Shown: positions 25,993 through 40,326, numbered from the stretch's first letter. The stretch is 64,000 bases of DNA from Paraphysomonas bandaiensis (GCA_965644295.1 CBFFRP010000377.1:124001-188000), one strand, 5' to 3'. A program made the numbers and translations. Notes: a model not told the origin generated them from the letters alone.

Positions 25993-28414
25993 TTATACAA
26001 CAACGCCTTTACGAGGCGGACCATTGTTTAAGCCAAGCGATATATTTCCTTGTTGTTGGGAAGCTTTATTTTTTTGTGCGATTTCTCGGGCGGTTGGGTT
26101 TGGTTTGCTAGCTGTATGATTAACAGAACTCTGTGTGTCTGTATTAACACTATAAGAATCTCGAATTGGAAGGGGTTGGATATTTCGCCCACCAAGACCT
26201 TGTCTGTGATGATACACACCACCAGGATCGGCCCCTACTGTAGGCCGAGAGGGCGGGACACCGCTTGCATGAGTAATATTGGTACCAGAGACAGGGCCGA
26301 CATGAGGCGTCTGCTGGGATTGTGACGTGTTATTGCTTGATAGGTGCCGCCCGCGTCGACCTGCCGCAGATCCGCCAGAGCGCTGGGGACCACGAGGGGC
26401 CTGAGGTACCGGATCGGTTGCAGCTCCACTGCTCGATTTGGACGCCTTTGGTGGAGCAAGGGCCTGAGGTACATGGTCGGAAGCCGCACCACGACCTGTA
26501 TTAGAAGCTTTCTGTGGTACACTCGCAAGCTCTTCTCTGGAAGGTATCTTTCCCATACCAGGGCCATCAGTCTCGTTCGAATTCGCAGCCTTTCCACCGC
26601 GCTCAGTTGGGTTGTCAGATCCCCACGCACCCCCCCGTGACTTACTCCTTCTTGTTGATGGTCGCTCGATATCCACCGCTGGTAGTCCTCCGATGGCATT
26701 TGCTACTACATTCAAACTCTCGCTATTACTGGCGCTATCAGCAGGGGCAGTGGTATCTGCATGAGCCGCAGCGGTAATGCCCTTACGAGGGGCTGGACGA
26801 CGATTTGTCGGGGATGAGTCCGTCTTCGGCTGGAGCGGAGACTCGGACTCGAGGACAGGACGGGCAGTCTGGGGTCCTGCTGCCACCTGTTGTTTGGCTG
26901 GAGAATGCTCAGGGCGTGCAGACTGTGATGTCAGCTGTCCTTCGATTACCAACCCTTGTGTATCAACAGCTTTCTTGACGTTGAGTTTAGGGACGTGTAC
27001 TCTTCCTGCACCTGGCACCTTCTTGAGAACAACTGGCTCTGACGGGAGGGTGTGCGTTACTTTCGGGGCAATCATAACTGGTCGGGCACTACCAGCATCT
27101 GTTGACGGTGTTACAGTGCTCGGTAGAAAATCTGCTGCTGGGCTTCCACGTGAAATGTTGTTCTCTTTAGCGCCTCTGTCGGACTGACCTGATGTTTCCG
27201 GGCGGGAAGCATGAGAATGTTTCTTGGAGAGTCGGGCTTTAGTCTGTTCTTTCTGAGTCAGCAAATAGAACATCGCAGAAAGCGAGTTGCATGCTCGGCT
27301 GGACACCGCATCTAATACAGCTTGAGCATCCATCCCTAGCTCTTGAATCCGCTTAAGAACTTCATTTCTGGTTTCTTCTACCTCCTCTGCGGTTGCAACG
27401 TCGTCGCGTGGAACCTGAGTCTGAGGAACCATACACAACCATGGATGGGAACGAATGTCGTGTATTGTCAGTCGCTTCTCCGGGTTGGTTTCAAGGATTT
27501 TTCGAATGAGGTCCTTCACCTCTGCTGATATCCACTTGGGAGTTTTGTATTCGCCACTAAGAATTTTTCTGTACAAGTTCGACGTATTGGGATCTTCAAA
27601 TGGTAAGTGCCCACAAACAAGAGCAAACAGTATCACACCCAAGCTCCAAATATCAGCTACAGGACCTTTATACTGTTTACCCGCAATCATTTCGGGCGCG
27701 GCATAGCAAGGAGAGCCGCACGCAGTTGATAATAGTCTACCACCCTAAGAAAGTGTTAGTCAAGTACTGCACTTCCAAATTGCAGTTTCTTACGTCATGG
27801 GTATTGCTTAATCCAAAATCAACAATCTTGACTAACAAACCCGCTGGCGAATTCTTCAAAAGTAAATTTTCCGGCTTCAGATCACGATGAGTAATTTCGT
27901 TTTTGTGTAACTCCTCTACTCCATTCAATATTTGATGAAAGAATTTGCAGGCCTGTCGTTCAGGAACATGACGGTTTGCTACAATGTAGTCAAACATTTC
28001 CCCCCTGAATTAAAGTGAGAAAACATACACTTTCTATTAGCAACAATACCCGTCAGCATTCTCCATAATCAAATATATTGAATTGGGAGTGTCTAAAACT
28101 TCGAACAACTGAATAATATTAGAATGTTTAGCTTTCTTTAAAATTTTAATTTCTCGGTTAACACGTCTGACATCAGCCTGATCTTGAATCCTTTTCTTCT
28201 CAAGAATTTTAACTGCAACTTTTTCACCAGTTGGGATGTGAATGGCGCTCTTAACTTTCCCGAATGTTCCTTCGCCGACAGTGTTTCCTAATAAGTAATT
28301 TCCCACTCTCTTCTTGACTTCATTCTGAGGGATTCCATTACGCGGCAGGGGACGAACCCGTCCTGTGCTAGCCGGTCGAGAACTTCGAATCCTCCCTTTA
28401 CTTCTTGATGACAT
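25993..28414 (-). CDS. SNF1/AMPK-related (CAMK group) Ser/Thr kinase with a UBA-like region and a long disordered tail, 3 exons
   Basis: [56 protein letters not shown]. Confidence 0.92.
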
Positions 28415-29806
28415 CTACAGCTAATGATACACGATGTGATGTGATACAGTCGTTGCAGTTAATGGCTACTGTTGACAGGCATCGTGTCGTGAGTGTCAGT
28501 TGGATTGACTGGAATGACTAACGCATATAATGACCGCGAGCTATAAGGGATGTGATCGTAGATATGGACTGTATGTTTCCGGCGGAGTGTAATAGCGTGT
28601 GCTCTCGCTCTGTCTCTCTTGGGATTGAGCCGCGATGATATTAACGTATAAAAAACAGCACTGGTCTGGAGAGTGTGTGTATGTGTGTATACGTGCTCTA
28701 CATGTTGACATCGCCGAGAAACATATACACATACAGAGTACATAATACATACACGTACACCCACTGCATCAACCGACTGATGTTTTCAGTTGTGTCAGTT
28801 TCAGAATATAAAGCTCAGAATTTTCTATAAAAAGTAAGTAGATATATACGTATTGTATTCCCCGTATTCCATTATTCTATAGGAATGGGACAACATATCT
28901 GCTCTGCTCCGTTGTATCAGGGTATCCCTCTGCAGCCACCCAACTGCATTCTATTGCTTCCATTCTCTAGCCCTCCTTTATCTTAAAGTAATATCTTAAA
29001 GGAGAGTTGGCTTCTCATTGTTAGTGTATTCTTATGTTCCTCGAAACATATACTCCAGTCAACAGTGAGTGCGCTTCATCATCTGTTACGTCGTCTATTA
29101 CACTATAGCTTAAACTTCTTTTAACATTTGTTGCAATTTTGTCTCAATCAAGTTCATAGCGTATCGGAATAGATACTTATGTTGCGGCCGAGTTGTCACG
29201 AGTGGATTCGATTCCAACTGGAAATTTCCTGAGTTATACCTACTACATACCAATTCTTCAATATTTTGATATATGTATTACCCAGATAACAGAATGGTTG
29301 CAGCTCAATCGATTGTCAGGTAAATATACCTTTTGAAAGTTCTCGTGACTAGCCCTCTTTATGGTTGCCAGGCCCATGTGTGTGCAACAATAACTGCATA
29401 GAATCATTGATGCGACTACGGGAGTTTTATACTCTCCTCCTTCCACCATAATGCCTCAATAAACCACCCATTTTTTTTCAATAAACCAAAACCTCAAGCT
29501 ATAGCAATAGCTGTTCAGTACTAAGCGAAACTCAATATAAGCGGTTCAATTCGCAAATATACAATACTTTGATGAAGGCACTGTTAGATCAAAATGAAAT
29601 AAGTACGAGTACAACGTAGGTATATAACTATATATAGCCTATCAAATGTAGATCATAGCACAGATACGGAATTATTACATATTAATAGCTCACTGTGAAA
29701 GTAAATGCTATAATACACTTTAGACGGTGATATCACAATTAACAATGATGGAAGCATGAAAGGAACAATTTACATCTACAATGACTGTCCAAGTAGCGGC
29801 TTCAAA

Positions 29807-30965
29807 TTACATTATAGAGCACTGACCATTAGCCATTGCACTGGTCGCTTCTCCCATATTCGGGAGATGCTCTCCCCCAGGCATCTCAGGCATCATACCA
29901 GCACCCATATTTGGCATTATTGGCATACCATTCTCATCAAACTTCAACCCTGGCGCCAGGTCTTTTATAATATCTGCGGGTGGTTGCCCGTACTGCTGAA
30001 TGTCAAACATAAGTTCCATCAACCTATGAAATACATTAGGATAGCGGGTTAAACTACAGTTTCGAGGACATACCGTGGAAAATTATCTGGTTCCACGTCA
30101 TAAACAGCCAGCAGCTTCTGAAATATCTGATACTGCTTACCATAGTTGGTGTACTCGCTCTCGCTTAAATGTGGTCTGTTCAGAAAAAATAAAGTCTAGT
30201 ACATCAAGGTAAATTCATTTGCACCTGTTGAGAGCAAGCCACTCTGGGAACTTCTCGCAGACTTGTTTAATGGGGTCATACATAAGGTCTCGCGACAGTA
30301 ACTGCTTCATCACGCCGTCAATCACCTGATAAAAATAACACTCAGATTTGAGTCGCGATTGCATTTCTATGCACCTCATTGTAGTCCTCCTTCTCGCCCA
30401 GTGCCTCAAATTGGGCCATCATATCCTCCATCATAGTTTCGCCAGCATCCTCCAACTTACTAACTTCAAACCCTTCCATACCTTGTTGAGCAGTGCCAAG
30501 CATTTGTAGTGTACCGGCAACTTGTCGGTCTGCTGTCTCTATAGCAGCAGGGTCGTCTGGGTTTACCGGAAGGACGGATGATTTGACTTGAGTGTCGTAC
30601 TGTTCAGACAACTGCTTGAACAAATTATCAACACTCCCAACGCCCTCAGATGTAGAACTCAATGATTGCAGTGTTGTCTGCAAAGTATGTCCGAATCGCG
30701 GATCATTCATTTGATCCATCAGAGCTTGCATCTTTTCCATTTCTTTAATTTTTTCTTCTTCTTTGTCAACTTCAGTCATGGACGCGTCGTTTATATCTGC
30801 AACAGCAGCCAAGCTCGCGACTTTCTCCTGCATTTCTTGGGCCTCAAAGTCATCGAGAGCATCGTCCAATATCGAATCCAAATTATTCACTGATGCGGCC
30901 GCTCGCTGCGTCGACACCGCACTATTGAAATCTGCACCGGCTTTCTCATTACGAGACCGCTGCAT
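29807..30965 (-). CDS. PEX19: Peroxin 19
   Basis: LDSILDDALDDF at the N-terminus, MKQLLSRDLMYDPIKQVCEKFPEWL, QQYGQPPADII, and a C-terminal CaaX (CSIM). Confidence 0.93.
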
Positions 30966-31109
30966 CGCAACACCAGAGACAAGAACCAAAGCGATCTCTA
31001 ATACTTCCAAGTTGTCTCACAGTGACCTCACTTCCACTGCTCCCAATACGAAATACACACCTCACCAGAACTATATTCCTATCCATATACCTACCTCCAT
31101 AGACATACC

Positions 31110-31305
31110 TACATACATACATACATACATACATACATACATACATACATACATACATACATACATACATACATACATACATACATACATACATACATAC
31201 ATACATACATACATACATACATACATACATACATACATACATACATACATACATACATACATACATACATACATACATACATACATACATACATACATAC
31301 ATACA

Positions 31306-31335
<30 letters not shown>
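31110..31335. repeat. (TACA)n microsatellite, ~225 bp, in a divergent promoter
   Basis: Pure array read directly. Confidence 0.98.
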
Positions 31336-31337
<2 letters not shown>

Positions 31338-31479
31338 CGCTGCCGCTATGGATCCAGCGGTAGGTGTGTTGTTTTCTGCAGCACTTCACAACCACCCTGC
31401 AGAGCCACAAGGTGTATGGTATTTGTATGTACTGTCGTCGTCAGGCTGTGTTCTTGAGTATGTTATTTTAAGTCGCATT

Positions 31480-31923
31480 ATGTCCAATCTGAAGAGATTG
31501 CATGAGAACATACAGGATGTCCTCTGCAGCGAGGACTGCCCAAAACGAACCAGAGTTAGTATAGCTGAGGATGACTATGACGAGTTCGAGTGCGAAGATA
31601 CAGATGCCGTCTGTGATGAATCAGTTAAGCTTGAGAGAAAGAAAATTATTGATGAATACTTCTCTCTTACAGTTCCAGTGCGAAGCCACGACTCTCATAT
31701 AATGCATGTAGAGTTGCCCTTGTGTACTAGCTGTGGGGAAACTATTAGCGAAGAAGATATGATGATATCTATGGAATGTAGTTTTTGTGCAAAGAAAGGG
31801 TGCTGTAGTTGTATTTTGTACTGTTGTCAGTGCAATTATCCATTTTGTTCAATCTGCTCGTTGACCAATTACGATCTTGAGCGTGAGAGAGTACTATGTA
31901 TAGATTGCAATTGCTCAATGTAA
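31480..31923 (+). CDS. Small Cys-rich protein with a SIVA-like C-terminal zinc finger
   Basis: CTSC..CSFC...CCSC...CCQC...CSICSLTNYDLERERVLCIDC matches the Cys spacing and E.VLC..C end of SIVA1. Confidence 0.6.
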   Translation: MSNLKRLHENIQDVLCSEDCPKRTRVSIAEDDYDEFECEDTDAVCDESVKLERKKIIDEYFSLTVPVRSHDSHIMHVELPLCTSCGETISEEDMMISMECSFCAKKGCCSCILYCCQCNYPFCSICSLTNYDLERERVLCIDCNCSM

Positions 31924-32859
31924 CATGAACTGTATACAATAAATATGTAACTTAGGACATAATGCATGATTTGGTAGGTACTCTTAGCTCTTCGGTACTA
32001 TATGTAACTGTATGTTGAGTGTTGAAAGTTCCTTTAAGGCTCTACGCAATATACTTCTTAATTTCTAAGCAATGTGATTTCAGTTTGGTTGCGATATATC
32101 GCCCTGTGTGGAAGGTCATTCTTAAGCATTTTGTATTGTACGAGTGGTACACAGTTGAAGCTGAAGTATTGGAGCTTCACAAACTATTCTAGAATTTAGA
32201 ATTTACACTTGATATCACATTTCACCACTCCGCATCATATTGCAGCACATAGATACGGGTGCTTTGGCTTGGATATTCCATAATTTTTTAGTTTATATAG
32301 CTTTTCCTAAATTCTGTAGACCTATTATATACATCTATTCCTAGTCTATTTGTACCTCATTATAATGTAACGACTACGGGTGATTGGGCCTCGCCATCAT
32401 GACTAACATCCCTTCCCATGTGCACGGGCAATATAGGGTAGAAATAGCCTTCTTACAACACTCAACGCTTAACTTTACTCTTCTTACTCTTAACTCTTAA
32501 CTTCGCTGCTTCTAAACTCTAAAAATCCATATCCTTCTACCTATATCCCCATTTATACAGAACGCTCTCATTAACTGAGTCTTTGACTACTGAGTCTGCA
32601 TCTGCACATACATGGAATTTTATCTGAGGGCACTGATGTATTGAATCATCTAATTGTACCCCGACATCATCCAGATCAAGCTGTTCTTCTCCATCTAATT
32701 GATCGATCTCATCTGAAAGTATCCCTAGCTGTCATGATCCACTACGATTGGGAGTAATAGCAAGATATTAACGTTTAGTAGAGATTATTATTAGCGGCAT
32801 TAATATTCATTGGTAACAGAGAGAATATAAATGTTGCTATAATACACATTGACCCCCAA

Positions 32860-33870
32860 TCCCTCGAGGAAGTACTTGGTTCAGATTGACCCTTTATCCA
32901 GCACCCTGACACAGAGAGAAGTCACACACAAGGTGGAACCGAGTTCACAGTTGCATGGATAGTCATCTTCGACATACATGATCTTATGCTGGACTGATCT
33001 ACATGATGATAGCCAAGACGAGGCGTACGCTGACGGCCTCTCCCAGATCACAACATCCATTTTCAGGTCACCCAACTCAAGACTGACAAACTATCTTATT
33101 TCTGTGCATTATTCTCAGGGATGCACCTGAACATTCCAAAAACTGAATGTATCGCCTTGGGAGCCCCCTTTTTCCAGTCAGACACAGATCCACACATCAT
33201 TATAAGAGGCTGGAACTGGAACCCACATCCCATCCCCATATTCGAACAGCCTTTTTCTCTCCACCAAGTACCTTGGTGTACAACTTTTATAAAATATTCA
33301 GTGTAAACGACACTGAATCCCACAGCTGGTGCGCCAACTACATAAAGTCGGTGTGATCGTGAAACCTGGTAAAAATCCACATCCACGGCAGCAGTACTAC
33401 GATCTACGGTTCAAATGCGCAACTCCTGATTGCAAGTTACTCGTGCTCAACACACCAAAATACTCTCGACCCTCTACTACACTCTACAAGGCTACCAAAA
33501 ACCATTATGGACATATATTATACCCAAATACCTCGCCATATATAGACAAACTTCTTGCCCAAGCTGCTAGTAGGACAGTACTCTGTCTCCCCTCTACTAT
33601 GATGATGGCTACCCCGCGGCTCTTTTATCTACCTTCCCACGAAATACAACAAAGGTCTTGTGGATTGCGCAAATTATCAACCCATGCCCAGACTCAAAAA
33701 TGGCAACCCTACAACAACGAGCCCTCACGCTTGGAGGACAGCCCAAGAGTGCGGCCACATCGCTCTTGCAACAACGATACGAGCACCCCACCCAACAACC
33801 TGTGGGGTGTTTGGATTCCATGCTGCTTTGTTTTTTGCTAGTTTGGTGATGATGGCAGTGTAGAACCATG
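32860..33870 (+). pseudogene. Degenerate non-LTR reverse transcriptase remnant
   Basis: Frameshifted motifs in the expected order: TQGG (~32926), EAYADG (decayed YADD, ~33020), SGMHLNIPKTE (~33115). Confidence 0.6.
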
Positions 33871-34269
33871 GTTGAGGGAGCGTGCGTTTGCGAATTTTGC
33901 CAAGCTTACTGTGATGTGCTTGGAAGACGTCTATTAATTAATAATACATTGTCTGTTACACTTGTGTGCTTGTGTGATATACATTGTCTGCGAGCCGCGA
34001 CTTAGGTTATCCAACCGGGTTGCGCTATAACAGGTCCGCCGGACACATTACCCAAAGGTAGACCCCCCGACTAACCTTATTACAAGGTCAGTTGTACCAT
34101 GCTGCGCGCAGTGATGCACAAGTTGTCCCGAGACAGTTGATTCAACACTATAGTATAATATTATAGCAAACCAAGTTAGTAACTCTATAACGAATTACAG
34201 GAAAATATATATACATCTGGTCTTGGTGGATGACTGTAGAGGGTTGAAATTGACGAGCTCACACCATTA

Positions 34270-34500
34270 TTCCTGGATAGTCAAAGTGCTCAAAATATAT
34301 CTAAAAATCCAGTGCAACATCAACGATCGAAACATATTGAGCTTAAGTATAGTACGATTAGAGAGCATGTGGATCCCAAACAGTTCATTCATACAGCAAA
34401 ATTAATTCATGTGAGCAGTCGACTATAGATGGCTGATATATATACAAGGCCTCTTCGTGTGGTCCAATATTTTTTGAACAGAGGGAGCGAAATCTTGGGG
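34270..34500 (+). pseudogene. Ty1/copia RNase H C-terminal remnant
   Basis: DSQSAQNISKNPVQHQRSKHIELKYSTIREHV...MADIYTRPL matches the copia DNQSA..KNP..H.R.KHI..RY / ADIFTKPL signature. Confidence 0.8.
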
Positions 34501-34994
34501 GAAATTGAAGTCAACTGAACAAGTTATTGCAGAGGTACCTAAGGTAAAGAGAGCTCGTCGTAACTAGTTTGAAGTAAATGAATGGTGGGAGCTAGCTATA
34601 CTAGAGGAGTCATACGTCCGCCTGTGTCCTATGAGGTTTGGTGGTTGCGTATCCGATAGCAATGTTCATCATATTTTAGAATATTGTTAACTACATCCAA
34701 TTGAGTAGGTGTGTTGCGTTCTGCAGTATGATGTGATATTGTGCAATTGAAGTGAGTTAATAGTGTGCAACAGGTGAAGTCAACTCATAGAGGTGTAACA
34801 GGTGATTATAGATACAAAGGAATTAAATTCAGTTCATGATGTATGACTATATGTATAAGTTATGGTGATATAGGAGTGACTGGTGAACATATGATAAACA
34901 GATGTTGATGTGAATAGATGTTCACCAAATGTTACAGGAATATATAGTGAAGTGTTGAGATTAAAAATTATAGTTTCTTAATTGAAAGTGCATG

Positions 34995-35070
34995 GTGTTC
35001 AACAAAGCAAGATTGAAGTTTACTTGTAGAGTAAAGTTAACTTCAGTGTAATGTCCAATTCTAACAGCCG
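34995..35070 (+). repeat. Family-3 repeat fragment
   Basis: Similar to 62908-62980 and to 16104-16175 (reverse). Confidence 0.55.
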
Positions 35071-35213
35071 AAAATATGAAACGAAACTTTTTATAAATAA
35101 CAATTGCTTGCTTGCTTATTAGTAATATTAGGAAAAATCATTGCAATTCCAGCAATGTGGCATACACGATGGTGGGAGTTATACTATTGCAGATGTAATC
35201 AACAAAGCATCCT

Positions 35214-38072
35214 CTACGATTCTCGTTTCATGGCCCATCGATCTCTTGTCGACTGAGAGCGGGACTCATGTCGACTAGCATCAGATGATTTCGTGACAGA
35301 AATCGCTCTACCTTTTAACTTAGAGGAAGAGTCCATGCTACGCTCTGACAACACAGAATCATCATAATGTTTATCACTTCGGTCATCACCACGGTGACGC
35401 TTGCCATCAGTCCTATCCTTCTTTCCATCTGACGAATCATCGCCACCCCTACAAACCACACATTTAGCACTCATGGCATACGGTATCTGCCTCTACTACT
35501 CACCGTCTCGATCTCTTTTGTCTGCTCCTCGAAGACTCCGATGTTCCCCTCTCCCTCTCTCGGTAACGATCCCTCTCTCCCCGCCCCCTAGATTTATCCC
35601 TGTCTCTCTCTTTCGCTCTGTCCCTCTCTCTCTCTTTCTCTCTGACCCTCTCTCTCTCTCTTTCTCTGTCTCTCTCTTTCCCGCCCCTGCTAAATCGTGA
35701 TTTCTTGTCAATGCTGTTGCTCCTATCAGTCGGTGACTTTCCCCTGTCTCTCCTGCTTCGCCTGTCATCTGTGCGAGATTCAGAGCGCCGTCCTCTATTC
35801 TCCCTGTCCCTTTGGCGACTTGCAGGAGGACTGTCGCTTCTGTCACGCCGACGGCGAGAAGTGGACCTGGCCCCGCCATAACTCCCACTCCTCTCTCTAT
35901 GACGGCTCACGGAGCCCCCTGCACCCCTTTCTCGCTTCCTGCGACCAGCACTACTGCTGTTGCTCCTACTTCGACCACGTTTCTCTCGCCGGTTACCGTA
36001 GTTATCCTCTCGAGGTAAGCTACGATCAGCCGCCATCCGCTCACGTCTGCGTTGCTGTTCCCTGGCAAACGCCTCCCTTGTTAGAGGCGGAATTTCCCAT
36101 ATCGGTACACCTCCGCCTGGACCACGTGGACCCATCATCATCCCTGCCCCTCCACCACCTCGACCCATTACAGCACCCGGTGGAGGTATGCCCATACCCA
36201 TACCCATACCCATGCCCCACATATCAGGTGGTCCCATACGATCAGGAAAGAAACCTGGAGGCGGCATACCGCCCATTCCACCTGGACCAGGCCCCCATCC
36301 AGGAGGAGGACCGGCTACAAGATCGCCTCCAGGAGGACAAAATTGTCCAGGAGGAGGTTCATTATGTGGGTAGCCTTGTCTGCCCCCACCCGGCATCATA
36401 TGCTCCCTATTAACCGGGGGAGGCGCGTGCTGTGGGTGTCGTACAGGGGGGGATGAGGGAGGAGGTGGAGCAGGTGCCTTGCTCACAGATGACTCTTTTT
36501 CCTCGCTTCCAGGACCGCTATCGGGTCCACCCACAGCTCTTGCAATGAATTCTTCCACATTGCGTCGAGTATCATGCTGCGGTCTCAGCTGTAGATAGTG
36601 TGACACATACTCCGGCAGAATAGCACCTTACCTCATCCGGAGTGATGCCAACCTGGTGGCACATGGGGCACTGGAAGTTACTCGTCTGGAAAAGAGCAGC
36701 GCGAATGCTACCATCACTCACCACCTGCCGGCACGCATACATTCATCACAATGGCATACACTAAAGCATCTTAAATACCCACCTTTCCACAGCAGGGAAG
36801 CGTAACAGCATCTCTCAAAATCTTCTGGGAATAAGGGCATAGCAGATGTGCGGGAACTGATGAGAGGTCTAGTGAAGCTGCGGACGAAGTAGATCCCCTG
36901 CAAAAGTAACAACAACACATTTCACAGAAATCGCCATGCATTGAAACACGCACCCTTGCTTGACGAGAGTAGCGTAGCTGTCTTTATCAGCATCGAGTAT
37001 CTCGAACCCATCTTTCAGGTTCCTCACAATCTTCCCCGTGGTATTCACACCAGCTAGGTCCTTGACATACTAGAAACCAATAGGAATAAGGTAATATATA
37101 GAGACAAAAACCAAAACTATTACCTGAATGCTATTCGTGGGAACACCATGGATCTTTGCCACTGAAGTAGAAACTGCGGCCGTATCAGAACTTCTGTCCG
37201 TCCGTCTATCGTAGGCTGGGTCCCCGTTGGTGGGACAGTGTTTGATGTAATGACCAGGCTTTCCACATCGCTTGCATTCGTACCCTGGCGGAGGGGCTGC
37301 AGTGGTGGGAGGGCGTCGAGCAGGCTGCGGTACTCCACGGGGAACGGATGAGCTCTCTGATGTGCCCAACCCTGTCCCGGAATCTCCTTCGGCCGACCAA
37401 ACCATATTACCGCCACTACGTTGGTATCGAGGGGCTGCTTTCTGACTGAGACTTTGCAGTGCTAGCATCTCTTCCTCAGCACTCTGTTCCGAGGATGGCT
37501 TTATCTCAGGTTTAACATCAGCGGCAGGTGCCTCGCTAGTGGTAGCAGGCTTCCCGCTATCTTGTTGTTGGGCAGATAGTGGAGCAGGCTCGCTCTCCGA
37601 TGGCTGCGGCTTGGATTTAGGGGGAATTACAATTGCGTGTTCTTGTTTCTGAGCTCTACACATAAAAATAATGAGTACCGTGCGGTAAATACACACTGCT
37701 TCCTCACGTTCCATGGCTACTTCGAGACTGAGAACCCTGCAGACGCGAGAGTAAGCCGGTACCAGAGGGCACAGGCACACGCTTCACAACAACAGTTGTG
37801 TTCTTGGGGACAAAAGACTCATCTCCAATATACACTGCATGAAATGAAATAAATTATATAACTACTGTGCAAACGGCTTCCAAGCATAACACTTTACCTT
37901 TCGAGCTGTTCTCTGCATCGGTGAGCTTGAGGTCAAAGTCGAGGCCGCTAGTCATGCGCTTCAGCTCTAATATAGATCGCTTGAGATCTAGCAGGTTAAT
38001 TTGGTGACCAGTGAAATTGACTTGCTCCACTTGGTTTCCATGGAGCATACGGAAATATACAGCAGATGTCAT
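35214..38072 (-). CDS. RBBP6: RBBP6/Mpe1 E3 ligase (DWNN + zinc knuckle + RING + Pro/RS-rich tail), multi-exon
   Basis: MTSAVYFRM..DFDLKLTDA (DWNN), PPPGYECKRCGKPGHYIKHCPTNGDP, VPAHLLCP..LRDAVTLPCCGK..CPMC. Confidence 0.9.
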
Positions 38073-38742
38073 GTTATGAGTTATATATATATTATACTAT
38101 AGAGCTAATTCTATGGGATGCACGGCCTATCCTACACACACACACACGCCGGTGCCTCGAGTAGATCAAACAACAAAGGATGGACTCAAGAGGAGTGCGT
38201 CTACGAGTGATACCAGTGAAATAATATATATGCACCGGATAAGAATATATACACCTCGACTGTGTGTTGCTGTCATGGTGGTATATTGCCATCAACACAT
38301 TCGGTAGGTGGGTGATGCATTGCTGCAATATGTTGCATACTGTTGTATACTTCTATACATACATATACGTACAGCATACACCATGCTGTGCTGCCCATGT
38401 GCAGCAGTGTGGTGTGTTGGAAGAGAATACCGAATAGGAATACTGCAGTATACAACCAGCGGTACTCCTGCATACTGGTACTGCTGTACGGTATATGAGG
38501 TGCGTATCATGATATGATATCTAGATATCCGGTCGGGCCGGGCCGGCTATACTCATATCACCCGGCCCACTAAACTGATTCGAAGAATATGAAGAAGAGC
38601 ACGTGAATTCCATTCGAATGACCTGTGAATTGAATGATGCGTGAAACTACAGTCACTCGCAGGTGATTAATAGTGTAGTGGTGCAGTGTGATGTAGTATA
38701 TATGGCACATGTGGAGCACTGTCTAATGTCACATATCTCATT

Positions 38743-40326
38743 ATGATGCAGCACGATATCGATTGGAGCATATTCACAGGGGATGTATGCGGTGTATCGG
38801 CGTGTATGGGTGAGGCTGCAGGCTCCTATCAGGAGCAGGATAGCACTTACACGCTATCTAAGAGCACCGGTTGCAGTAGCAGCCCAAGCACAGCTGACTG
38901 TCAAGACTCACACTGCATGGACTCCTCAGAGGGCGATGACTTAGACCCATCAATGTCGCTGATGTCCGGATGCGATTGGTCTCGATTTGATTTTGATGCA
39001 CATACTATGAAGGGACATGAGCAGATACAGGGACATGAGCAGATACAGGGACATGCGCAGATACAGGGACATGCGCAGATACAGGGACATGCGCAGATAC
39101 AGGGACATTCGCAGATACAGGGACATGAGCAGATACAGGAACATGCGCAGATACAGGGACATGCACAGATACAGGGACATGCACAAATACAGGGACATGC
39201 ACAAATACAGGGACATCGTAAATGGTCCGAGAAGGCAGTTGATAGAATTATAAGTAGTCCTACTGACCCCATTGGCAAAGTACCTGTTACCCTTCCCTAA
39301 TTTTGTCTTACACTCACGATATTGCAGTTTCTCAGAGACTTGCGCATTACTGCTGCTGATGCTATTCAACTAGATATTATGCCACTGCTTGATATGGTAA
39401 AGCTGACTGAGTAGATTAATGTCCTGTCCTTTATTGGCTTGTAGGCACCGAGAAAGCCAAGGTCCAAGTATGGGAAACGTCGCACGCTCTCCCAAAAAGA
39501 GCGCGCTGAGCAGAGTCGAGAGCGGAACAGGGAACATGCAAGATCTACTCGTATGCGTCGAAAAGTTTTCGAGGGTGTTCTTGAGAGTCAGCTGTACAAG
39601 ATCAGCCGTGCTATAGATGACTCTTTCTCTATAGCAATGCAGGAGCAATACCGCACACGAAGGCAAGCACGGGTAGTTTCTCTAGTCAGGTACTTTGAGC
39701 TCATGGTGAGTCATATCATACTGCGTGGTTTTTGGCCTTTACTGTTTACATATCTTCAGACATCCCACTCGGTTGTTGTCCCTGACTGGCATGTCGCCAC
39801 ACTTTCCCCACAGCTGCGAACCCGGTTTCAATATGTGCACCGCCCTGTCTGCCACACTCGGGAATGTATGTGTTGCGCGTGCTCCCTGTCTCCACTAAGT
39901 TGCACTTCTCCGTTGCCGCGAACTGAGATATGCCAGGGGTGGCATGGTCTCCAAGATTGTATGCGGCGCGCATTAAGTTTACTGCGAGAGGAGGTGAGCC
40001 GCCTGAGGAACGCTAGAGCAGAAAGTGATAATGATGACTCACTCCCAAAAAATATAGTGTTTTCAATCAGCACTACTAAGAGTGATCTACTGGTACAGGG
40101 ACTTCGCGGTATGTGCTCTTTCGACGTGTTTGTAGAGATGCCAGATAGCCGCACCATATCCCTTAGTGTGCCAGGACAGACTGCAGCGTTTCAATTCTCT
40201 AGAGAGTATCGCAGTTCTAAGATCACGGATGCATATTTTGACTTCGACTTGTCCAGCATTGCAACTGGTCTTTTGCAAGCAGTTGCACTTATAGGAGAGC
40301 AAACTGATGACACAGAGATTCCATAG
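38743..40326 (+). CDS. Uncharacterised multi-exon protein with a GH(A/E)QIQ hexapeptide repeat
   Basis: Long GC-richer ORF segments are joined by plausible GT-AG introns. No family recognised. Confidence 0.55.
39013..39216 (+). repeat. 18-bp minisatellite (GGACATGCGCAGATACAG)x~11 inside an ORF
   Basis: Read directly. Confidence 0.95.

Noticed and set aside
29183-29220. tRNA A-box/B-box-like words (ggccgagttg..ggattcgattcc)
   Set aside because: The spacing is far too short and there is no cloverleaf.
39013-39216. CRISPR-like array
   Set aside because: Head-to-tail 18-bp units with no spacers and no cas genes, in a eukaryotic context.
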